From Amoebophrya sp. A120 (lineage: Eukaryota > Protista > Dinoflagellata): 64,000 nt of DNA. This document shows positions 50,686 to 61,140 of this stretch, one piece after another. The translations under genes were made by a program, and so were the position numbers. Each line of letters begins with the position of its first letter. Within the stretch, counting starts at the first letter, position 1. Under the pieces are notes generated by a model. The model was not told the DNA's origin. It made no database searches and saw only the letters and a list, made by a program, of their open reading frames with translations. The stretch covers positions 3,379,600 to 3,443,599 of the forward strand of contig CAJINV010000003.1 in NCBI GenBank assembly GCA_905178155.1, given 5' to 3'.

Positions 50686-52572
50686 ATTTCTATATGGTAC
50701 TACCGTTGATTCAGTAGAGGTAGAGCCAGCTCAAACTCAATAGGAAAGATGAAAGTCTATCTCCTCGAAATACGTAACGGTCGCAGTAGTACTTGACGTC
50801 CAGCAGCTGCGTGTCGTCAGAGGAAGACAAAATGAAGGCTTTCTCGACACACAGCAGCAGGTAGAGTGGGAATTATAGGTGAAAACACCTTGACATTACT
50901 TTAAGAAGAGTCAGACTACAAGAAGAACGCGTGAAACACTTCTGCCAATTAGGCTGAGTCTGAGATCTACTGGACGTATTTTTTCACTTGTGACATATGG
51001 AAACAATAACAAAGACGGGTAGATGATGGATACAACATTCATATACAGTGGGTCTTGCTTTTGCTGCAATAGTTTGAGATGAAAGTAGAATCTATCAAGA
51101 AAAGCCACCGGAATTCCTTTGCTTCCATCCTTGTACGATGAAATTGAGAACGATGCTTGAGTCGCTTTGCACGAAAGATGTAGGTTTTACCATACGATGA
51201 CGACCGAAATCATTTCGTGTGTACGAAGCGAATACCGAGAACGATTTTACATAGTTGTCCATTCACTGCACGCATACCGATATCGATCTGCTAAAAATTG
51301 CAGACGCAAATTCTAAGTTCACGTCCGACCACCATTTGTTTTTGCTCCATTTGGAGGAAAACCGAAACTGCCGGATGGCTCTGCACGTGAGTACAACATT
51401 TGCACTGAATGCAAACGACAAACACAATGGCTCGTCCTATACTGGCTGTATTGCCGCCACGAAGTCAACGCAGTTGCAGCAGCTGTGGCACTAGTCGACC
51501 AACCAGCGATGCGAGATCACCGGGTATACTTTTCAGACAAGTACAACAATAAGCAGTGAGCTAAAAAAGAACGAGGTTTCGGTTATAGTCTTCGTTTTGA
51601 TTTCGTCTTGTTATTTTTATTTGGTCGTACTAGAGGTAGAGTAGTACTAACTACTAGTACAACTAACTTTACACATTTGTATTTTGAAATGCGCTTCGTT
51701 GTCGCTTTTCTTTTGTTTTGTTGAAAATTTTTTTGTGCTGCAGTCGGTGGTCTTTACATCCCTCCGACAAGCATGCTTGTTTCCCTCTTGGAGAATAACA
51801 ATAAACGATAGTAAGAAGTACGCTTTGTCATGATAGTGTTCTTCTTTTTCATTCTCTATCTTTCTAAGAATATCTGTAACATTGACTTAGGTCGTGGTTT
51901 CCTCTACTGAGGTGGATCGGTGGCAGGCATGGGTGTGGGTACAGGTAGTCGCTTGGGCACTTATACGGGTCTATCACCTTCGTAGGTGTCGGTACTGCGG
52001 AAATTCGAAGCATGTCTTTCAAACAGCAATGTTTAAAATGAGTGGACTTTCAGGCAGTAGAAGCTCATTCACGAGAGGACGAGGGAGAAAATCATTATCA
52101 TTCATAGGGTATGCCATCATATTTTCCTGTTTTCTAACTTCGCACACTGAGCGTTGTAATCATGTAGGTACAGCCACGGGAGACAGCACCCATGCGGATG
52201 CATTCGCGTGCGAGAACCCGCACTTTCCTCCTGATGATGTAGCGCCGAGGACATGAAATGCAACGGCTGTAGCGAAGCGAAGTAGGTCCAGGATGGGTTC
52301 GTCATAAGTATCTGATAAAGAGTAGAGGTTATCAGCTGTGTCATCTGTCACAAAACCGCAACTGAACGAGACTTCATGCTTGCTCTTCAACTTCAGCATC
52401 AACTCCATAGTACTTATGTTGTACTTATTTTTACCACCTCCAACATGCTCATCACTTATAATTGAAAGGTCTGCCAGAAGGGAAAAATGTCGAAACCATT
52501 TGAAGTTCGAACCTTAAGATGAAAGAAAGCAACAGCACCAGGAAATACGAATACCGAAGTATCAGCAATCGT

Positions 52573-55500
52573 CTACTCGGGGTCCTCGTCGTCCCAGATT
52601 GGGGTAACCATGTCATCGGCCGGATGATTCCGATCGCGATCCTCGTTTATCATCTGTTCGTTTCCATCTTGATAAGAATTGTAGTGACTATCCGATTCTT
52701 CCGTAGTACCAGAATTATCTTCCGCGCCGTGTTGTAAACACTGTTCGTCCAAGTTGACGGGGCTTGGTTGCTCCGCTAGCTCGATCAAGAAAATGACTCT
52801 TCTCTGTTCGCGGAAGACGTAGTCGTAATTGTCAAAGTCTTCGTAGTAGAGGATCTGGTCCACGGAGGTGTAGTGAAAATTCAAATTGCGCCACGACCCC
52901 TTCGGAAAGTAGGTATCGTAAGGGAGGTGTTGCGGGTCGAATTGTACCTGGTCTGGCAGCAGGACCTCGCGGACCTGTAACCCGTTTTTCTTGCAGTTCT
53001 CCAGGAAAGTCTTGTCGAGCAAGGAGTAGCGATGCAGCGTGTGCGCGTACACAAATTGGTTCCACTGGGGGTCGCCGCCCGGAAGATCCCACTTGTAGTT
53101 CTCCGCCAACATCTTGGACACGATTTTGGGAAAGTATGCGAGTGCGCAAGTGCCCCTCTCCGCGCCCACGCCAAAGTTGTACTCTTGCAAAAAGAAACGG
53201 ACAGAAACGGCAGTGACTTCCACACGATGCAGCTACTTCGGCATGACATCATGTACCGATGAGTGTCATGCTCATGCGGTGTGGCTCCTCGTTCACTTGT
53301 AGATTCTCCATGACCTCCTACAAATCTACGTCGCACAGTGCTACTACAGCTGCATGTCAACGGGATCGGTTTATCTACGAAAGCTAAAGGGCATCAGAAG
53401 ATTCCTAGTGCTGGTGAGATTGGGCGAGGGGTTCTTGTGCACTTTGATAGAAGCCATTCCGCTCCGATGTCGTTGTAGACTAAATCGCTTCCGATCAACA
53501 GCAAATCGAACTTTTCGCTGTGCGACTTGTCGACTTCGAAATGATCCTCGAGAATCTTGGAAATCGGAATGCGCTTATCGTAATCTTCTTTCCAATCCAA
53601 TGGCATTGTGCCAAGTATTCCGTCCCACGGTGCGATTGGCAGCAAGGTGCCGCTCGCATCTTTGTCGCTCGTCGTGTTCTTCCCGTCGTCATCTGTATAT
53701 CATAATGTACTAGACACTGGACCATCCATTCTATTGTGGCTTGGTTTTTCTCTTATCAACATGGTGAACAGTACACGAAAACAAAGCAGGCAAGCAACTC
53801 TAAATTGCTCAATGAATTGTACATCTGTACTAAAATGTGTGAAACTTTGACTTTCGTCTTTCAGCCAAAAGCGAATTCGTATACCTGACCCGAGTGGAGT
53901 AGGAGTTGATGGAGCCGATTGAAACTCGAGATCGTGTTCTTGCTCATCTTCAAAAGACCCACTGCCTACCGGAAACATCTGTTCTGCCGATCCTCCATCC
54001 TTGTTGTTACCTAAGAGAAGACAAGTTCTTTCCCATTCTCATAGATACTTCCAAATCCAATGTCAACGAACAATGATGTAATGGTTTTTCTTTTATTTTC
54101 GAAAAATGCACCTCCTTTAGTCTGGAGTCCCACTAGTACACAAAATCACAATCATCAGAAAAGTGCTAGAAAGAAAGTAGTGAGAAAGTTGTACCTTGTT
54201 GATACGCGTCCAAGTCTATCCGTGGAACGTGTGTGAAATGCTTCTTGTGGCGAGCCACGTTGTGCGCCAGCCAATTAAACGCGGCGCCATGCTGTTCGGA
54301 TGCTATTACGTGCCAGTGTTTCTTCATGGTGTTCTATCAAATGCAAAAATGTCTGGGTCTGGAAGGATGCAAGGTTTGTCATGCACATTTTGCATGACTC
54401 ACTCCTGACGTCTGAGATGCATGCCCTAGCATCACAGATCTTTCGAGGGCTTTCTGATGCCTATACCGCACGAGAAATGCCCTCTCGCCGTGGCCAAAGC
54501 CAGGTCTCTTTTGCTGTTCATGCAATACAGATTTTTGGATAATGCAGACGCAGCATCACAAGTTGCATTCTTCCAGACCCAGACATTTTTACATTTGATA
54601 TGTTCTTATGCAGCCGCCGCAGCCAATACTGCTGCGCTTCCTCCGGGGTCGGGTCTTTAATCCGGTAATCCGGTTTCTTTAATCCGTAGGTCACTCCTGG
54701 AGCAAAAGGCATCTCGCGGCTCGCGACAACGCGTTGCAGTTGATGAGACAGATTCAAGGCCAGCCAGCCAGTGCCGGAACCCAGTTCGACGACCACCGTG
54801 TTCCGGACCGGATCATGTTCGTCCCTTTGAGTCATGTCTTGCTGCTGCAGTGTTTTCAAATGTTCACGGACACCTAACCAGTCGAAAGCCGTCATCAAAA
54901 ACCGGTGGAGCACCCGGGCAATCGGCCAGGTATGTCCACCCGTCGTGGTAAGGCCCGTGTTTTCCACCTCGAGCAGGCACATCTCCAGATCAGGCGCACC
55001 GGGCACGCGGCGCCAATACGCGGTGTCGCGGAGGTGCTCCGACTCGGACATTTTGTGATGTTTTGGCAACTGTTTCAGTGCTGCCGTACTGCGGCTCTTC
55101 TTATCATTTTTTGTAGTTGTACTCGAAGGACCAATACTAGCCTGCGCGTGCCCTGGAGTGGAGTCGAAATGTTGTGTATTGGTTGCTTTGCCATCTTCTA
55201 GTACATCTTCGTGACGACCGATAGCGGAACTAGCAGTCGTGCTGGGCGACGGTGGTTTATTTTCGCCAGATGCGTACTTACGGTTCTTTTCCGATGCAGC
55301 TAAGGTTAAATCTTCGTCCACATCATCTTCATCGTCACTGAGCCGGGGAAGAAGCAGAACTTGTTGGTGGGTTTTCTTTTTGGAAATAGCGGAGTCCTGA
55401 TCTTTCAACATCTCTCCCAGTGCAAACGATGTCGTCGTTCTCTTCATTTTTGAGAGCGAGCGACCTTGTAGTTCAACGGGCTCTGCAGCGCCGGAGTGCG

Positions 55501-55579
55501 GCGCGGGAGCACGGTCCACCACATTTGAGGCGTCGCGAAGCAGCTGCGGAGGCCCAACAAGCCAATCAAAAATCACCAT
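52573..55579 (-). CDS. SAM-dependent methyltransferase, Methyltransf_16 / METTL21-like, multi-exon
   Basis: TTGGHTWPIARVLHRFL, VVVELGSGTGWLAL (motif I), VIASEQ..WLAHNV (post-I, in frame only after removing 54335-54600), LDW, FDLLLIGSDLVY (DxxY motif). Confidence 0.85.
54335..54600. mobile_element. TIR introner, family A2 (266 bp)
   Basis: Ends TATCAAATGCAAAAATGTCTGGGTCTGGAAG ... CTTCCAGACCCAGACATTTTTACATTTGATA. TSD TGTTC at 54330-54334 and 54601-54605. Confidence 0.95.
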
Positions 55580-57000
55580 TTTGATCTCGGCGGTGAGTTT
55601 TGATTATTAAGCAACGCAACTTCCACACGACAACAAATTGCTGAAACAAACTGATACCGGCTACAAATCAATAAACGGAAAAATGCACGAGAAGATTGTT
55701 TCATATGGGTGATGATCATGCGTAGGAGTAGCAGGTGTAGCAGTAGCCATTTCCATAACGCAATGTAACAGGGACTCACTTCTTGGATTGATTCTTCATG
55801 TTGATGCTGATCGCGTTTCAGAAATGGCGATCGCAACATCCGTCTGGACGGAAGACGATGAACCTTGGTTGCCACAGGAGAAAATACCGAGAGACACAAA
55901 AAGATACAATCTTGGTATTTTTCCGACAATTTTTAGCAACCTTTTCATCTTCGCTGCGCGATCTTCGTTCAGAATGATCTGGATCTTAGTCCGCTCTCGT
56001 TGCAACCACTGTTTCAAAAAGAAATCAAATCGGATCCGAGTGAAAAATGTAAAGATCTTCATCTGTCATGGGCAAAACAAATTTATGGAAGAGCGCGAGA
56101 ATTTCACGAAACCAAGATGTGCTGCCAGCTCACATGGCCGCCATGGAATGCACTTAAGTACTTTCTGGGTCTTCCTTTCTGGCCAGGCGGGCAGGCCGTC
56201 TTTTCAGAGATCATGCAAGAAAACAATCGGACACTCACCCTACTAGATCCTGATCCGGATCCCATAAGTAAAAAAAAACGAAGAAGAAAAGGTAGAACTA
56301 GACGCATACGCTGTAAGTAATCATGGAATCACAAACACAACGACAACTAGCAGATCCTCTGGTGCCGTTTGTGCAAGGCGACGGCGCATGCGAAGGAGCA
56401 GGAGAGCTTGTGCCTTGTGCGTTTCATTTGGGAGGAAAATATCATCCTTCCAACAAATATTCATAGAACTGCCTCCGAAAGAGCCGCCGGATTTTGGAGC
56501 GCGCTGCGAACAGAACTGTTCTTTGGTAGATAAACAAAACCAACACACATACTAGATCAGTCATTAGATATTTTTTTACTACTAGATTTGTTCAGGCGGC
56601 AAAACTTGTCTGCGTCTCGAACTCGAACGATGGCAGAGGGAAAAAAAAATGTTAGATGACGTCGAGTATGCAACCACTACCTATGCTTTAGAAGAGCAGT
56701 CATGAGCAAGTTTTGATCGCTCGGGCTCGAGGTCTATGTATCCATATACGTTTTTTTGGAAATAAGAATAACGGGTTCCTTTCGGAAGAGCACGAATCGG
56801 CGACGAAAGATGGTTTTGAGGCTTAACGAGGACCACTCCTTGCGAAAATGATTTATGAAAATCTCTTTTGAATGTAAGCTATTGATACGTACAAAATAAA
56901 ACAAACACAGAGTATAACAAACAACAAAAACAAAACAAATTGGGTATCGAATATCGCAGAACCACTCGTGAACTACATTTGTCTACTAGGTCGTGTCCTC

Positions 57001-60000
57001 TCAAGCGAATGCGTATTCGAGAGAGGGATCGACCTCAGGATCGTGCGGGGCGGAGTAGATTTCGAGCGGGAACGGTGCGATTGGGACCCAGAAAGGCTCC
57101 CCCTCTGGCTCGTGCCGCGTTCCGCGCACGAACTGCATGGCCCCGCTGAATCGCCCTTTGTGGCCCGGGATGTCCCCCGTGCGTGACTGGTAGGCGCACT
57201 CCCCGGGAACAAAATAGACCGGCTTTGACGGGGCGGCGAACGCGAGGAAATCCATGAAGTCGTTCTGCCCCATCCCCATGCCCATTTGCACGGGGTTCCG
57301 CCCTACGTCGTTGCGACTGGTTTTGGGGTACCGTGTCTTCCACTCCTCGTCCGCATACTCGTCGTAAAAGTTCGAAAACTCGGATCCGTTCGAATGGCGA
57401 TCCTCCAAGTGCCGGGAGTCTGTGTGGTACTGGTCGTTTGGGTCCGAGCTCCGGCACAGAAGGTGCCCCCCATCCACAAGCAGCGGATACAAGCCAATCA
57501 CAGCGGCGCCCACCACCGGCGTCCCGGGCATATTCACGTACGTATCCGTTTCCTCGTCGTACCGCTGAATCACGATCCTGAAATCGATTTGAAGTTGGAG
57601 ACTCGGTGTTGTACAATAAAAACAGTAGTAGAACAGTAGAGACCACTCAACGCGGTCAATTCATGGCCAGCCCTTTCAACAAGTACAAGCTGATAGATAA
57701 TCATAATATGCAGCCTTCAAAAATCTATGGTCGCATGTTGCCATGGAATGTAACTAGTAACAGGTACTTTCTCTGCAGGAGCTGGCAGCATTTGAATCCG
57801 CGTTCGGCCTCCGTGCCAGTTAGTGAGAAGCGGACCGAGTATGCGAATCCGCTGGGCGCGGCCCCACCGTGTCCGTTGCGGCCAAGCCACAGCCCAGAGG
57901 CGTCGATCTTGACGAAGTTGGTGGTGCTAGAGCTGCAGAGCGGTCCCCTGTCGGGAAATAGCGAAATCCCGCATCCGATTTTCGGACCCAGGACGTCCGG
58001 CCATACTGACTTGTAGCTGTAGATGCCGTTTTCCAAGCGATAGGCATACTCGTGAATCCACTCCAGCAAGGGCACCCGGAAGTCCGCGTTGAGCGCGATA
58101 AAACTGTCTTCCTCCGTTCCTAAAGGCCTGGTGGTCAGCTTATTTTTGGTCGCAGAAGATGAAACGTCCTCAGCCAGTCCTTGTTGTTTCGAACCGTCTG
58201 AGGTGGATATAACTAGCCCAGAAGACGATGCGGATGAAGATGATGCCGCTCCAGACGGACAAGCCACACAGGCGCTCTCAATGTCTACATTGCTCGCGGT
58301 GCTGGCACTAGCCGCATCGATGCTCATCTTGGTGTTATTTCCGAGTGCGTCCACTTTATTTGGGTCAACGTCCTCCCCGATTTCTCCCCTTTGCCGCTTT
58401 CTGAACAATTCCAGCTTGGGAAGTTCCTTTGTCACGACACAACGCGGAAAGCCACGCTGCACGTCTTGGGGGTTACACCCGATGTTGAAGCAATCCACGG
58501 AGGTGGCTGGGTCCAACGAAAGCGCGGTCCCGCGCAGGAAAATCTCGTTCTTGCGGTCGTCCAGCGTGCACTGCCGGTTCGCGGCGTAGCACTGAAAATC
58601 CCGCGACTTCTGGTTCATCGGGTTTCCCGGATTGAAGCTTTTCACGTTCAGGTGGCCGCCGGAGATAATCTCGTGGTACGCCACTACCGTGCCAAACACG
58701 CCCTTCATTTCGTACCACCAGTCTGCGCCGACGCGGCACCGGTGCGCGTTGGGCCCGATTACATTTATCCGCAACAGCTGCTCGTCCTCTTCCCGTTCCT
58801 CCGCCGTGGCCGCCTCGTCGTACGCAGCGGCGCAAGCTTCGTACAGTTCGCTCATTTGCCCGCCGAGCAGGAAGAAAAAGTCCACCACGGCGGACTTGCA
58901 GACCTGCGTCGCGATGCTGTCTGCGGACGACCGGGTGGTTTGTGAGTTATTTGTTCTCACAGCGGTTGCGTGGGCAAGGCGGGACTGGTGGAACGCTTCG
59001 TTGAGCTTTTTCCGGTGCAGCGCACCCTGGCTGCGCATCATGGTCTTACGAAGTGCCCTTGGCAAGGCCCGCATGAAACGGGCGGCGGCTAGGATGGAAG
59101 ACAAGTGCAGCCGCCGGTTCCTGCTCTCTGCGGGGCTGGTTGGATCTCGTTGGTACGAAAAAAATAGCTGATCGTAGTCCGCCTTCTCGTATCAAATGCA
59201 AATATGTCTGGGTCTGGAAGAGTGCATGTTTGTCATGCTTTCCTGGCATGACACTTCAATCTGTCATGCACGCTAATCAAGAGCCTCATTTTGCTGTCAC
59301 GCAGAAACGCAGTTTGTCATGCAGAGTAGGCAACACCTAGAAGCTCAAAAGCTTGTCATGCTGAGCCAGCACTTGTGGCCTCTTCACGATACGCCACCCA
59401 GCATCACAAGTTTCCAGACCCAGACATTTTTACATTTGATATCTCGAGAAAGAGGTGTCTGGACAAGCAATGTCGCAAGCGCCGGTATGTCGCGTAACAA
59501 GTCTTGCTGTTGCTGTATGGAAGCGTCAGGTTTGAAATCGTCAAAGTTGAAATAATTTGTAATGCATAAAATGCATGACCCGAGGTACGTGTGTTGCAGA
59601 GCAGGCAAGTGAGGCCGATTGTAAGCCTGTTTGGGGTTACAGCTCGAGCTGCTAAAGTAGCATGATAAAATCGCTCTTCTTTGCCTAAACAGCATGACAA
59701 ACTGGATTTAAGGGCCACCAAGATTTGTCATGCGCCACTTGGAAACTGGGTTCCAACTGGCATCCATATCATGCATGACAAATTATTTCAACTTTGTCGA
59801 TTTCAACTCTGACACATCCATATGCTGCTCCCATCAGATTTCTGATCGTTAGCGTTCTCGTAGCGACGCAGTGCTTCATCCAAATCTGGCGTCTGCAGGA
59901 TCGTTGATATTTTCTTTTTGCTTTTCATGATCATGGGGATGGAATAGGAATAGAAAGCGGTAAATGCATTTTTTACAGAGGAAGATGAAGATCCCGGCGA

Positions 60001-60624
60001 ACGGGTCATGGCAACGCTCGAATTGAAATTGTGAAAATGAAAATTGTACATAATTGGAGATTTATAGTGGTCGTCTTTCGAACTCGACGCTTTCTATTTT
60101 CAACAAGTGGCGGGAAACATTTTCTACAATGTTGCACCTGAACAAAACGTTCGCACATACAAACATGTAGCAAGTACCAGTTTTTGCAGCAGTCTCTCGT
60201 CTCTGGAGCCGGGGCATGGATATGTGCGGGAAATACAGAGGAACTGCCGCCGCCACACATCGTCGTCCAGCAACACGTTGCGCAGTTCCTTTTCGATCAG
60301 CCGGCCCCGGAGAACTTCGCTGGGTCTCAAGAAAGCAAAAAGGTAGCTCACCACCTCGACGGGCGCGGACGCGAAGAAGCTCAATGTAGTTGCGGCATCC
60401 CCGGCCGAGGCGGCATTGCAGCCGTGGTCCACCGCGTGTTGCGAGTCTGCTTCGTGCTCTGCAGCGAGCACGCCAGCCCCGTCGTTTGCCTTTTTCAAAT
60501 CTGACACAATTGCATCCGCGGCATGATCAAATGGCTGGCTTTCGAGCCGCGTCGGCTCCTGGTAGGTCACAACCATTTTTCTTTTCTTTGATGGCGTGAA
60601 GTCTTCCTCGTCGTTGTAATCCAT
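57001..60624 (-). CDS. FBXO3: F-box protein with C-terminal ApaG domain (FBXO3 / plant SKIP16-like), multi-exon
   Basis: F-box APVEVVSYLFAFLRPSEV...DDDVWRR. ApaG region ISLFPD..CSSSTTNFVKIDAS, FAYSVRF, CQLLQR, VVGAAVIGLYPLL, AYQSRT, FSGAMQFVRG, FWVPIAPFPL. Middle exons join across two introners as DGSS-NSKTC...LFLE-KADY...LHLSSILAAARF. Confidence 0.82.
59190..59441. mobile_element. TIR introner, family A1 (252 bp)
   Basis: Ends TATCAAATGCAAATATGTCTGGGTCTGGAA ... TTCCAGACCCAGACATTTTTACATTTGATA. TSD TCTCG at 59185-59189 and 59442-59446. Confidence 0.95.
59516..59822. mobile_element. TIR introner, family D (307 bp)
   Basis: Ends TATGGAAGCGTCAGGTTTGAAATCGTCAAAGTTGAAATAATTTGT ... ACAAATTATTTCAACTTTGTCGATTTCAACTCTGACACATCCATA. 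TSD TGCTG at 59511-59515 and 59823-59827. Confidence 0.93.
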
Positions 60625-61140
60625 AGCTTTGGAGATGGAGATTGAGGTATTTATTTTGGTTTTGACTTTATCCTGATTAAGTACTAAATTCTTTTATTTA
60701 AAATACGAACGCCATCGGACATTTCGCTTTGTTTCTCGGTCCTGTTTGTATCGACAGGTGGGAAGTAGAAAAGCTATCTAACTTCTATCTCTTAATTCTT
60801 CCTCTCCCAGACAGTGAGGTGGATTGGCGGGCATCTTGAAGTTAGAATCATTCAAGATCAACAACATCCACCATAAACATAAAGTGGAAGTGCAGCACAC
60901 AGGCTAGCAATTGAAAGTCAGGATCTAACTAGTGTCACACATGCGACGTTTTCTTCTTTGGTGTGTTGAGTAACGCTAGCCTTCGCGGTGAACACAACTA
61001 ACACGTACTCAAAGCGGACAAAAAATGTCAGCAACGCCCGGATTGCTCTCTTCAGAATTTTTCGATATGATTTTTTTCGTTTTTGACAAATTTGCTTTTT
61101 AGGTCGCACTTTTCAGCGTACCGGTCAACAAAGTTTCTGA

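Noticed and set aside
48961-50743. Plus-strand ORFs rich in Leu/Phe or Ser/Ala
   Set aside because: They are reverse-complement translations of the Glu/Ala/Lys coiled-coil repeats.
53224-53394. GCATGAC / GTCATGC motifs suggesting another introner
   Set aside because: No TAT..ATA TIR pair or 5-bp TSD was found, and the intron ends in an ordinary AG.
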